64,000 nucleotides of DNA from an uncultured Acidimicrobiia bacterium. GTDB lineage: Bacteria > Actinomycetota > Thermoleophilia > Solirubrobacterales > 70-9. The stretch spans positions 4,367 through 68,366 of the forward strand of contig CAXMST010000099.1 of NCBI GenBank assembly GCA_964196325.1, in the 5' to 3' direction. A program made the translations under genes and the position numbers. Positions 46,864 to 55,723 of the stretch are shown piece by piece. The notes below the pieces were generated by a model. It saw only the letters and a program-made list of their open reading frames with translations. It was not told the origin of the DNA and did not search any database. The stretch's first letter is position 1, and each line of letters opens with the position of its first letter.

Positions 46864-46936
46864 CCTGGTCAGGCTGACTCCTTGGCCCGCGGGCTGGCGC
46901 CGCGGTGAAGACTGGCAAAGCTCCCGGGCCGGCTAC

Positions 46937-47521
46937 TCAGCGCAAGATCCGAAGTCCCTGGTATTTCTGGTCCGCCTTGCGGCGCCGGCTGATTACGAGC
47001 GCGGCGAGCAGGCCTGCGACGAGCAACGAGCTCGGTGGCAGAAACAGGGCCAGAACCGCGACCAGCACGCCGGCCGCGCCCAAGATCAAGCCGAGGGTGA
47101 CCGCGCTGCCGGCCTCGGGACCGGCCTCGATCCGCGCCTGGGCGCCGCTGAGCAGATCGCTCGCGACCAGCGCTGCGCCGAGCCCGGCGAGGGCGCCGAT
47201 CAGGAACCCGATAGTCGTGGACTCACCCTCCGCGGCCAGGGCCGCCGAGCCGAACACGGCCCCAAAGACCGCGGCGACGGCGACGGCGACGCGACGGCGA
47301 TTGCGGTCACGCGGGTTGGGCCGCAACAGCTCGAGAACGTTGGCAACGAGCAGCAGGCCTATGAACCAGATCTCGCCGATGAACGCGGAATCCGTTCCGC
47401 GTGGATCGATTCCCGCTTGAAGGCCCGCCATGACCGCAATGAACAGCCACGCCAGGGGCCCTCCCAGCCCGGCGGCGAGGCCGAGGCCGAGCGCTTCGCA
47501 GATCGCGAGAAAGAGGTCCAT
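46937..47521 (-). CDS. DUF4126-like membrane protein
   Basis: Gly/Ala-rich multi-helix membrane protein starting MDLFLAICEALGLGLAAGL. Confidence 0.6.
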   Translation of the reverse strand: MDLFLAICEALGLGLAAGLGGPLAWLFIAVMAGLQAGIDPRGTDSAFIGEIWFIGLLLVANVLELLRPNPRDRNRRRVAVAVAAVFGAVFGSAALAAEGESTTIGFLIGALAGLGAALVASDLLSGAQARIEAGPEAGSAVTLGLILGAAGVLVAVLALFLPPSSLLVAGLLAALVISRRRKADQKYQGLRILR

Positions 47522-47583
47522 CGATTCGGAAGGATATCGCCGCGCCCAGGGCGCACCGACACCTCCCTGCCGTCGCCGGCCGG

Positions 47584-48192
47584 TTAGCCGCCGCCCGGCG
47601 ACTCGGGCTCGTCGCCAGGGGGTTGCCCCTCCCCTTCGTCGTCCGGCTCGCCGGGGTCGTCAGGGGGCTCGGGCGACTCTCCAGTCCCCTCCGGCTCCTC
47701 GGGCGGCTCCTCCCCCTCCTCCCCCATGAAGTCGTCAGGCGAGACGTTCTCGAGGAAGTCCTTGAACTTCTCGACCACCTCTTCCTGGTCCTCGACCTCA
47801 TGCTCGAACTCGATCGCCGATTCCTCGATCACCTCCTCCGCCGCATAGATCGGGGCCTCGGTCCGGACCGCCAGAGCCAGAGCGTCGGACGGTCGCGAAT
47901 CGATCTCGACCTCGGTGCCGTTGACCGAGATCGTGATCGAGGCGTAAAACGTATTGTCCCGCAGTTCCGTGACCGAGACGCGCTCGCATTTGGCGTCGAG
48001 TTGGCCGAGCATCTCGCTGAGCAGATCATGGGTCATCGGCCGCGGTGTCGAGGCTCCCTGGAGCTTCATCAAGATCGCGGCAGCCTCCGGATGCCCGATC
48101 CAGATCGGGAGAAATCGGTTTCCGTCGGCGGTCTTCAACAGAACGATCGGCTGTTTGCCGACCATGTCGAAGCTCACTCCATAGATCTGCAT
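47584..48192 (-). CDS. Bifunctional nuclease family (DUF151/BFN) protein with acidic Pro/Glu-rich tail
   Basis: PIVLLK...NRFLPIWIG..EAAAI...RPMTHDLL...V.V.EL.DNTFYA. Start set at ATG 48192 (MQIYGV). The track TTG at 48201 would abut the tRNA. Confidence 0.85.
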   Translation of the reverse strand: MQIYGVSFDMVGKQPIVLLKTADGNRFLPIWIGHPEAAAILMKLQGASTPRPMTHDLLSEMLGQLDAKCERVSVTELRDNTFYASITISVNGTEVEIDSRPSDALALAVRTEAPIYAAEEVIEESAIEFEHEVEDQEEVVEKFKDFLENVSPDDFMGEEGEEPPEEPEGTGESPEPPDDPGEPDDEGEGQPPGDEPESPGGG

Positions 48193-48202
48193 CTGCTGCA
48201 AA

Positions 48203-48276
<74 letters not shown>

Positions 48277-48313
48277 GGAAGGCGAGATTGTAGTGCGCAA
48301 CGCGGGGGGTGCC

Positions 48314-49186
48314 TCAGGCCTGGCGGGCAGCCTGGCGACGGCGTAGCGTTGCCGCCAGTGCGAGCAGCTCGTCGAGGTCGGAAAACTCGATCTGCGCGCG
48401 CACCCCGCCCCCCGCCGGGGCAAGCTTCACCTCGTGGCCGAGCGCCCGCTCAAGCGCCTCAGCGGCACTCCCGAAGGCCTGCTCGAGTTCTGGGTCGAGA
48501 GTCGGGCGCCTGCGGGCCGCAGAGCTCTTCGGGTCCTTGGCGCGCCGCTCCGTTTCCCGAACGGACCAGCCTTGGCGAACGGCCTCGCGAGCGAGCCGGC
48601 GGCGTTCGGCCTGACCGCGGGCCGCCAGGAGGGCCCTGCCGTGGCCCTCGCTGAGCTCCTCCGACGCAAGCAGGTCGAGCACCTGGTCGGGGAGATCGAG
48701 CAGCCGAATCAGGTTCGAGATCGCCGAGCGCGAGCGGCCCAGGCGACGTGCTGCCTCCTCCTTGCTCAGGGCGAGCTCGTCGACGAGCGCCGCGCAGGCC
48801 CGGGCCTCGTCGATCGGATTCAGGTCCTCCCGCGCCATGTTCTCGATCAAAGCCGTCTGCAGGCGCCGAGCCTCGTCCTCGCTACGCAGGACGACCGGTA
48901 CCGCCTCGAGCCCGGCCCGCTGAGCCGCGCGCCAGCGGCGCTCACCGGCGATCAACTCGTAGCGCCCGTCGCCGAGCGCGCGCACCACGAGCGGCTGGAT
49001 TACACCCGCCGCGGCGACGGAGGCGGCGAGCCGATCGAGCCCCTCGCTGTCAAAGCTCTTGCGGGGCTGGGCGGGATTGGGCTGAATCAGATCAACCGGA
49101 ACCTCTCGCGCTTGGGCCTGGGCGTCCTCGCTGGGGGGCAGGATCGCGGAGAGCCCCCTGCCGATGCCGGCGCGGCGGCTAGCCAC
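48314..49186 (-). CDS. parB: Chromosome partitioning protein ParB
   Basis: GIGRGLSAILP, ParB box PNPAQPRK, GERRWRAA, and HTH region. GTG start overlaps the parA stop by 8 nt. Confidence 0.92.
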   Translation of the reverse strand: MASRRAGIGRGLSAILPPSEDAQAQAREVPVDLIQPNPAQPRKSFDSEGLDRLAASVAAAGVIQPLVVRALGDGRYELIAGERRWRAAQRAGLEAVPVVLRSEDEARRLQTALIENMAREDLNPIDEARACAALVDELALSKEEAARRLGRSRSAISNLIRLLDLPDQVLDLLASEELSEGHGRALLAARGQAERRRLAREAVRQGWSVRETERRAKDPKSSAARRRPTLDPELEQAFGSAAEALERALGHEVKLAPAGGGVRAQIEFSDLDELLALAATLRRRQAARQA

Positions 49187-49937
49187 GCGCCAGCACCTCC
49201 TTCGCGAGCTGTCGATACGCCACAGCGCCCGGAGACTCGGGCGCATGCTCGGTCACCGGGACCGCGAAGCTCGGGGCCTCGGCGACCCTGACGCTGCGGG
49301 GAACCACGGTCTTCAGCAACAGCTCGGGGAAATGGTCTCGCAACTCCTTCTCAACGTCCTGAGCGAGGTTGGTCCGCTCGTCGGCCATGGTGATCAGCAG
49401 GCCGGTCAGAACCAGGCCCGGATTGAGCTCACGACGGACGGTCTCGAGCGTGTCGAGGAACTGCACAAGACCCTCCAACGCGAGGTACTCGGCCTGGACC
49501 GGCACGATCGCCCGATCAGCGGCCGTGAGGGCGTTCACGGTCACCGGTCCCAACGACGGCGGGCAGTCGAGCAGGGTCGCGGCGAAACGTTCGTGGACCT
49601 CACCCAGCTCGGTCCGTAGCCGGTATTGGTAGCGCTCGAGGCCGGGCAGCTCGACCGCGGCGCCGGCCAGATCGCGGTTCGCCGGCACCACCCAGAGGTT
49701 CGGGGTTGCGGCAGGGCGGGCCGCCGCGGCAACCGAGCAAGCACCGCAGAGGCAGTCGTAGGATGAGGGTCGCTCGTCCCGGCTCAGGCCAAGGCTGACC
49801 GTCGCGTTGCACTGGGCGTCGAGGTCAACGACCAGCGTCTGCTCATTCAGAGCGGCGATCGAGGCGCCGAGGTTGACCGCCGTGGTTGTCTTCCCGACCC
49901 CACCCTTCTGGTTCGCGATTGCGTAGACGAGGCCCAT
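49179..49937 (-). CDS. parA: Chromosome partitioning ATPase ParA/Soj
   Basis: Deviant Walker A NQKGGVGKTTT, plus DLDAQ and LLDCPPSLG. Confidence 0.95.
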   Translation of the reverse strand: MGLVYAIANQKGGVGKTTTAVNLGASIAALNEQTLVVDLDAQCNATVSLGLSRDERPSSYDCLCGACSVAAAARPAATPNLWVVPANRDLAGAAVELPGLERYQYRLRTELGEVHERFAATLLDCPPSLGPVTVNALTAADRAIVPVQAEYLALEGLVQFLDTLETVRRELNPGLVLTGLLITMADERTNLAQDVEKELRDHFPELLLKTVVPRSVRVAEAPSFAVPVTEHAPESPGAVAYRQLAKEVLARG

Positions 49938-50050
49938 CGAGCCGGCGACTCTAGATCACCGACCACGAAATGGGAGGAAACCCGCCCCGGGGCACGAAAC
50001 AGAACTCGCGGGAGTACGGGTCAAGGGCCCGAGCCCGCCCCCGGCGGCCC

Positions 50051-50764
50051 TCAGCTCGCACCGCGGGGCCGCTTCTTGGCCATCCCGGGTCGCCGAGGCA
50101 AGCCCTCCGGGGTCGGGCCGAACTTGCGGATCAGGTGCAGGTGGCGGTTCTTGCTGCCCGCGTAGGGGCCAACCCAGCGGACCTCTTCGCTGCGCATCGC
50201 AAGCTGCTCGGAGGCCCGCTCGAGCTCGGCCTCCTCGTCCGGATCGCGGTGGCCCTTCCAGGCGATCAGCACACCCTGCTCGCGAAGCAGCGGCGAGGCA
50301 AGCTCGGCCAGGGTGCTGAGCCGGCCGACCGCCCGCGCGCTCACCGCATCAAAGGATGTGGCGGCGCCGGGCGCAGCGGCATAGGTCTCTGCACGGGAGC
50401 GGACCACGCTCGCGTTGGCGAGCCCTGCGGCTGCGATCGCGCGCTCCATGAAGTCGCACTTCCGACCGACCGACTCGACCAGGACCACCGAGCTGTGGGG
50501 CTGGGCCGCCGCCAATGCGAACCCGGGGAAGCCCGCTCCGGCGCCCACATCGCAGATTCGCTGAGCAGAGCGCAGCTCGTCGAAGATCAGGCCGCTGAGG
50601 CTGTCCGCCACATGCACGAGCCAGGCATCGGTCGGGACCGTTACCGCGCTCGGGGCCAGCGGGTCGCTTGCGAGCAGCTCGATGACCGGCTCCAGGCGTG
50701 CCCTGCTCTGCTCGTCGAGGGCCGGCGTCTCGGCGCCCGCCCGACCCAAGGACCGCCGGCTCAA
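50051..50764 (-). CDS. rsmG: 16S rRNA (guanine527-N7)-methyltransferase
   Basis: DVGAGAGFPG, VESVGRK..F, ARA. Conserved position between jag and parA. Confidence 0.9.
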   Translation of the reverse strand: MSRRSLGRAGAETPALDEQSRARLEPVIELLASDPLAPSAVTVPTDAWLVHVADSLSGLIFDELRSAQRICDVGAGAGFPGFALAAAQPHSSVVLVESVGRKCDFMERAIAAAGLANASVVRSRAETYAAAPGAATSFDAVSARAVGRLSTLAELASPLLREQGVLIAWKGHRDPDEEAELERASEQLAMRSEEVRWVGPYAGSKNRHLHLIRKFGPTPEGLPRRPGMAKKRPRGAS

Positions 50765-51252
50765 TCGTTGACCAACGGGGCGACCACGACCCTGCGATCA
50801 GGATCGTCGCCCTCGCTGAAGGTCTCGACGTCGCTGCGCTCCTTGAGCACCTCATGGACCATGCGACGCTCCGAGGCGGACATCGGCTCCAACCGCACCT
50901 GCTCCTCGCTGCGTGCCGCTCGATCAGCGGCGACCTCAGCCTCGTCGGCGAGTAGATCGCGCCGTCGCTCCCGGTATCCGGAGGCGTCGACGGTGACCCG
51001 CTTGCGCTCCGACCGCCCCTGGGACGCCGCGCGATAGCAGATCAACTGCAGAGCGTCGAGGGTCTGGCCGCGGCGGCCGATCAGCATCCCGAGATCGTCG
51101 TCACCGTCGATCCGCGCGAGGATCTCATCCTCGTCTTCGCTGATCTCGACCTCGGCGTCGAGCTCGAGCTCGTCCAGAACCCGGTCGATGATCGCGACCA
51201 CGCGGTCCTGGGGATCGTCCGGAATCTCGGCCTGGGCCGGCTCGTCGCTCAT
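50761..51252 (-). CDS. jag: Jag-family KH/R3H RNA-binding protein
   Basis: KH-like LIGRRGQTLDALQ and the R3H region SASERRMVHEVL. Conserved position after yidC. Confidence 0.85.
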   Translation of the reverse strand: MSDEPAQAEIPDDPQDRVVAIIDRVLDELELDAEVEISEDEDEILARIDGDDDLGMLIGRRGQTLDALQLICYRAASQGRSERKRVTVDASGYRERRRDLLADEAEVAADRAARSEEQVRLEPMSASERRMVHEVLKERSDVETFSEGDDPDRRVVVAPLVND

Positions 51253-51255
51253 CGC

Positions 51256-52026
51256 TCAGCGTCGCTTCCCGCCGCGCTTCTTCTTCTTCCTTCGCGGCGG
51301 CGGGGGTGGCGCGGCGGCGGCCTTTGTGGCGGCCTCGAGCGCCTCAGGGTTCTTCTTCGGCGGCGGCGGCATGATCGTCTGCACCACCTGCTGCTGACCG
51401 AAGGTCCAGAGGTTGGTCGTGATCCAGTAGACGGAGAGCCCGGCGTCGAAGCTCGCGACGAACGGGGCGAAGGCGAACGGCAGGCCGAAGATGATGAACT
51501 TCTGCGGTCCCTCCATCCCCTGGCCGCGGACCGCCATCGCGAGGCCGGCAAGCAGCTGAGTGCCGATGAACAGCACGATCAGGGTGACGGTCACCGCCGT
51601 CCCCTCGGGTGGCTGGATCAACGAGTCGATGAACAGCCAGCCCTCCGGTGGCTGCTCCATCACTTGGTCGCGGAAGCTGTCGCTCCGCAGCATGTAGAAC
51701 AGCGCGATGAAGACCGGCAGCTGCAGCAGCAGCGGGAAGCAGGAGGCGAGCGGATTGATCTCGTTCTCCTTGTAGAACTTCATCATCTCCTGCTGCTGAC
51801 GCTGCTTGTCGTCCTTGTGCTTCTCCTGGATCAGCTTCAGCTCCGGCTGCAGCTCCTGGAGCGCCCTCATCGAGCGGATCTGTCGCAACGAGAGGGGCAC
51901 GATCGCGAGCCGCACAGTGACCGTCAGGGCGACGATCGAGAGGCCCCAGCCGAAGTGCAGCTGGTCGTGGAAGAAGACGACGATCGCCTCCGGGATGTCG
52001 GTGAAGATGGAAGCTAGGGTGAGCAT
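51256..52026 (-). CDS. yidC: Membrane protein insertase YidC
   Basis: WGLSIVALTVTVRL...P.L...Q.KYK...NPL.GCLPLLLQ.P-like motifs and a basic C-terminal tail. Confidence 0.92.
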   Translation of the reverse strand: MLTLASIFTDIPEAIVVFFHDQLHFGWGLSIVALTVTVRLAIVPLSLRQIRSMRALQELQPELKLIQEKHKDDKQRQQQEMMKFYKENEINPLASCFPLLLQLPVFIALFYMLRSDSFRDQVMEQPPEGWLFIDSLIQPPEGTAVTVTLIVLFIGTQLLAGLAMAVRGQGMEGPQKFIIFGLPFAFAPFVASFDAGLSVYWITTNLWTFGQQQVVQTIMPPPPKKNPEALEAATKAAAAPPPPPRRKKKKRGGKRR

Positions 52027-52391
52027 CAGTTCTGTGGGTCGCGGTGGGGATCGGCGCTGCTGGGGCGGTGGGAGCGGAACAGCCTACGGTTCTCGAGCGG
52101 ATCAAGGCCGCCCGAACTCATCGGATTGCACCGCAGCACTCGCCAGCCGGCGAGGATGGTGCCACGAAAGGGTCCGAGCTCGCGGACTGCCTGCTCGGCG
52201 TAGGCCGAGCAGGTCGGGTAATACCGGCAGCGCGGACCGAGCAACGGCGAGATCAACCGTCTGTAGACGAGGATTGGCAGCAACGCCAGCCGGGTCAGGG
52301 GCCGCAGGCGACGATCCGGCTTCGCCGGTGCGGCTGGGCTGACGCCTGCTGCCGTTTCACGTGCAACGGCGCTCAAGCTTGCTCCCCCCAC
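52026..52391 (-). CDS. yidD: Membrane protein insertion efficiency factor YidD
   Basis: Y.RLISPLLGPRCRYYPTCSAYA.QA....G...G..L...R.LRC.P is the YidD signature. The GTG start at 52391 is probably too far upstream. Confidence 0.8.
   Translation of the reverse strand: MGGASLSAVARETAAGVSPAAPAKPDRRLRPLTRLALLPILVYRRLISPLLGPRCRYYPTCSAYAEQAVRELGPFRGTILAGWRVLRCNPMSSGGLDPLENRRLFRSHRPSSADPHRDPQN
52353..52368. promoter_or_regulatory. parS-like site
   Basis: cGTTTCACGTGCAACg matches the 14-mer GTTTCACGTGAAAC at 13 of 14 positions. It is the only such site I found in the window. Confidence 0.4.
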
Positions 52392-52756
52392 TTCTGCAGC
52401 AGTTCCGAGATCGACTCGCGCAGCCGCCCACTACCGCCGGACTCGAGCAGCTCAGCGACGCCTGTCCGGCCGACGAGCACGAAGTCGTAGCCGGCCGGGA
52501 GCCCGTCGGCCAAGCTCCAGAACGACTCCCGCATCGCCCGCTTGACCTTGTTCCGCTGCACTGCCCCGCCGACCTTGCGCCCAACCGAGATCCCAAGCCG
52601 GAGCTCCTCCCCCGGGGGCGCTTCGGCCTCACGCGGAAAGGCGTAGAGGACGACATGGCGGTTTGCGTGGGAGCGCCCGTCGCGATAGGCACGATCGAAG
52701 TCGCCGCTTCTCGAGAGCCGGCCGCGCTTGCGGGCGTCGGACTCCGAATCGCTCAT
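52373..52756 (-). CDS. rnpA: Ribonuclease P protein component
   Basis: Basic protein with the RNR-like region (RLGISVGRKVGGAVQRNKVKR). Conserved position after rpmH. Confidence 0.85.
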   Translation of the reverse strand: MSDSESDARKRGRLSRSGDFDRAYRDGRSHANRHVVLYAFPREAEAPPGEELRLGISVGRKVGGAVQRNKVKRAMRESFWSLADGLPAGYDFVLVGRTGVAELLESGGSGRLRESISELLQKWGEQA

Positions 52757-52777
52757 CCGGACCGGACCGCCGACCGT

Positions 52778-52911
52778 CTAGACGGTGAGGCGCTTACGGC
52801 CCTTGCGGCGGCGGCGGCGCAAGACCTCGCGCCCGTGTCGGGTCTGCATGCGGGCGCGAAACCCGTGGGTGCGGGCGCGCTTCCTCTTCTTTGGCTGCCA
52901 GGTTCGCTTCA
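52778..52911 (-). pseudogene. rpmH: 50S ribosomal protein L34 gene with an apparent 1-nt deletion (frameshift after codon 18)
   Basis: From ATG 52911 the frame reads [18 protein letters not shown], then drifts into [19 protein letters not shown]... The remainder of L34 ([26 protein letters not shown], stop TAG at 52778-52780) is in the adjacent frame. The span is 134 nt, not a multiple of 3. Confidence 0.8.
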
Positions 52912-53087
52912 TCGTGAGTCATCCGCTGCGCGGAGACGCAGCAGTATACGCACACCCTTTCGGCTTTAGGCGCGATTTGCGGACTCGGTCAGCTTCGACC
53001 GCAGGCCACGCCTGAACGCGGACCTATGATCGAACCCGGGCCGCTCACAGGTGGCCGACCGAAGCTTACGTTCCGACCCGACCCGCC

Positions 53088-54458
53088 TTGCCCGATCCCA
53101 GCCAACCCGACCTCGAAACCCTCTGGGAGAGCGTCCGTGCCGAGTTGCGCGGTTCCGTAACCCCTTCCTCTTTCGAGAGCTGGCTCGAGCCCGTGCGGCC
53201 GGTAGGCCTGCGCGGGGCGCGCCTTTACGTATCCGGACCGGACCGCGTCCGCGAATGGTTCGAGCGGCGCTACGCCCCCTTGGCCGTCGCCGCCGCGCAA
53301 CGGCGGGTCCCGGGCGTGAGCGAGATCGTCTTCTCGGACCCGGAGCACGATCCCGAGCCGGCCCCGACGCCCGGGATTCCCGCGGGGTTGGATCGGGGGC
53401 TCGACTTCGATCACTTCGTTATCGGCAAGGGCAACCGCTTTGCCCACTCGGCGGCGCTGGCCGTGGCAGAGTTGCCGGGCGAGGCCTACAACCCCCTGTT
53501 TCTTTACGGGGAGCCCGGCCTCGGCAAGACCCACCTGCTGGTCGCAGTCGCGACCTATCTACAGAGTCGGCGTCCCGACATCAGCGTCGCCTACACGACC
53601 GCCGAGCGCTTCACATCCGAGTTCGTCAACGCGCTGCGCACCGGCGGACCCGGGGCGGCTGAGGGCTTCAAGCAGCGCTACCGCCAGGTCGACGCGCTGC
53701 TCATCGACGACGTCCAGTTCCTCGAGGACAAGCCGAAGACGGAGGAGGAGTTCTTCCACACGTTCAATGAGCTATATGCATCGGGCAGCCAGTTGGTCCT
53801 CTCCAGCGACCGGCCGCCGGAGGCCATGCGGTCACTCACCGAGAGACTCCGAGACCGCTTTTCCTGGGGCCTCACAGTGCAGGTGCAGGCACCGGATCTT
53901 CCCACCCGGGTCGCGCTGGCCGGCCGACTGGCTGCCGAGCGCGGCCTCGCCGTCAGCGACCCGGCCGCACTCCGCCAGATCGCGCTCTCGTCGCCAACCA
54001 ACCTACGCAAGTTGGAGGGCGCTCTAATCAGGGTCGCGGCATTCTCCTCACTACTCGGTAAGCCCGCCTCAGCCGAACTCGTCACCGAGGCCCTGGCCCG
54101 TGCCGAGGCGCCCGGCACCCTGGCGGGCTCCGGCTCGGAAGGGACCGGGGCGAGCGAGCCCCTGGTCGCCACCATCCAGCAGGCCGTCTGCGATGTCCTG
54201 CATGTCTCCCGGGGGGAGATGCTCTCACCCCGCCGTCGCCCCAACATCGTCCGGGCGCGCCAACTGGCGATGTACGTCAGCCGCCACCAGACGAGCCTCT
54301 CACTCGCTGAGATAGCCAGGGCATTCGATCGTGACCACTCCACGGTCCTACACTCGGTCCGCGCGATCGAAAAGCGGCTCGAGCCCGGCTCCGATATCCA
54401 CAGAGCGTTGGAATCCGTCCAGCAAAGCCTCCAGATCGATCCCGACAGGCCCGAGTAG
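53088..54458 (+). CDS. dnaA: Chromosomal replication initiator DnaA
   Basis: AAA+ Walker A GEPGLGKTHLL, LIDDVQFL, and C-terminal DNA-binding domain (RARQLAMY...SL.EI...F.RDHSTVLH). TTG start. Confidence 0.97.
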   Translation: MPDPSQPDLETLWESVRAELRGSVTPSSFESWLEPVRPVGLRGARLYVSGPDRVREWFERRYAPLAVAAAQRRVPGVSEIVFSDPEHDPEPAPTPGIPAGLDRGLDFDHFVIGKGNRFAHSAALAVAELPGEAYNPLFLYGEPGLGKTHLLVAVATYLQSRRPDISVAYTTAERFTSEFVNALRTGGPGAAEGFKQRYRQVDALLIDDVQFLEDKPKTEEEFFHTFNELYASGSQLVLSSDRPPEAMRSLTERLRDRFSWGLTVQVQAPDLPTRVALAGRLAAERGLAVSDPAALRQIALSSPTNLRKLEGALIRVAAFSSLLGKPASAELVTEALARAEAPGTLAGSGSEGTGASEPLVATIQQAVCDVLHVSRGEMLSPRRRPNIVRARQLAMYVSRHQTSLSLAEIARAFDRDHSTVLHSVRAIEKRLEPGSDIHRALESVQQSLQIDPDRPE

Positions 54459-54598
54459 CTCGGCCAATCCACCATTGCAGGCCTTGTCCACAACGATTCC
54501 CACCACCCATTCTCCGCTTTGACATGCGAGATCCGATCCTTTTGCAAGGGTTCCAACATCCCCAACATCAACTCAGTTGACTGGAAGAGGAAAACGAG
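54459..54598. other. Candidate oriC core (dnaA-dnaN intergenic region)
   Basis: Perfect TTGTCCACA at 54484-54492, ATATCCACA at 54393-54401 just inside the dnaA 3' end, a relatively AT-rich stretch, and a tandem CCAACATC repeat at 54553-54569. Coding strand bias switches around this point. Confidence 0.5.
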
Positions 54599-55705
54599 AT
54601 GAAGATCACAGCTGACCGCGACGCACTCCTCGACGCTTTGCAGGCCGCGGCACGAGCCCTTTCCACACGTTCGACGCTGCCTTCGCTTGGCGGCATTCTG
54701 CTCTCGCTCAAAGACGGTCGCGCTGTGGCGCAGGCGACGGATACGGAGCTCGGCCTTACGATCGAGCTCGACGGTGAGCTGGAGGGCGACGGCGCCATCC
54801 TGCTGCCGGGCCGGCTGCTGACCGATGTTGCCCGCGCCCTCCCACTGGGACCGGTCACGATCGCCGAGCGCTCCGCGGAGCGCGACGTCGAGCTCACCGC
54901 CGGGACCGCGAAGTTCCACCTCAGGCTGCTGGCGACAGACGACTTTCCGCGCCTGCCGGCGTTCGAGGGCGACTCACTGAAGATCCCTGCGACGGCTCTG
55001 GCCGAGACCGTCGATCGCGTTGCTCGGGCGGCCTCCCGGGATGAGGTCCGACCGATCCTCACCGGGATTCTGGTCAGCGTCGAGGGCGCGCGGCTGACGA
55101 TGGTTGCGACCGACTCCTACCGCCTGGCGGTCAAACACACCGAGCTCGAGGCCGAGCCGGCCCAGCCGTTCGAGGCCAACGTGCCGGCTCGGGCGATGCG
55201 GGAGTTGTCCCGGATCGTCAATCAGACGGGCGTCGACGAGGTCGAGATCGCGCTGCCGGGCAGCCAGATCGTGTTCAGAGCGGGGCCCTATGTCGTCTCC
55301 TCCCGGCTGATCGACGGTCAGTTCCCGAGCTACCGGCAGCTGCTGCCTGATTCGTTCGACCATGAGGTGCGGCTGCCGAAGGAGGAGCTGCTCGGCGTGA
55401 CCCGGCGAATCCGGCACCTCGCCCAGCGCAACGCGCCGTTGCAACTCGCCTTTGCCACCGGCGAGCTGACCGTCTCCGCGGAGACGCCGGAGATCGGCGA
55501 CGCGCGTGAATCGATGCCCTGCGGATTCGAGGGCGAGGAGTTGGTGATCGCCTTCAACCCGCAATTTCTGATCGAAGGGATCGAGAGCATCGAGAGCGAG
55601 GAGTTGGTCCTGCGGCTGACCTCGCCGCTGCGTCCGGGCCTGCTGCAGCAAGCGGGCGATGAGCAGTTCAGCTACCTCGCGATGCCGATCCGCCTGAACG
55701 TGTGA
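54599..55705 (+). CDS. dnaN: DNA polymerase III beta sliding clamp
   Basis: Three-domain beta-clamp pattern (MKI....L..AL......LPSL.GILL...ATD.YRLA...FP.Y..L.P). Conserved position. Confidence 0.97.
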   Translation: MKITADRDALLDALQAAARALSTRSTLPSLGGILLSLKDGRAVAQATDTELGLTIELDGELEGDGAILLPGRLLTDVARALPLGPVTIAERSAERDVELTAGTAKFHLRLLATDDFPRLPAFEGDSLKIPATALAETVDRVARAASRDEVRPILTGILVSVEGARLTMVATDSYRLAVKHTELEAEPAQPFEANVPARAMRELSRIVNQTGVDEVEIALPGSQIVFRAGPYVVSSRLIDGQFPSYRQLLPDSFDHEVRLPKEELLGVTRRIRHLAQRNAPLQLAFATGELTVSAETPEIGDARESMPCGFEGEELVIAFNPQFLIEGIESIESEELVLRLTSPLRPGLLQQAGDEQFSYLAMPIRLNV

Positions 55706-55723
55706 GCTGCGGGCAGCGTCGCG

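Noticed and set aside
49938-50050. parS site expected between rsmG and parA
   Set aside because: Scanned by eye. There is no GTTTCACGTGAAAC-like sequence in this spacer or in the one after parB.
52840-52870. Programmed -1 ribosomal frameshift as the explanation for the rpmH frame break
   Set aside because: There is no X XXY YYZ slippery heptamer at the shift point (CAC GGG TTC GCG) and no obvious downstream pseudoknot or hairpin. A simple indel is the more economical explanation, though it is not excluded experimentally.
52912-53087. rpmH-dnaA intergenic region as oriC
   Set aside because: I found no TTATCCACA/TTGTCCACA-like boxes on either strand, only a small GCTGCG-N6-CGCAGC hairpin. The dnaA-dnaN spacer is the better candidate.
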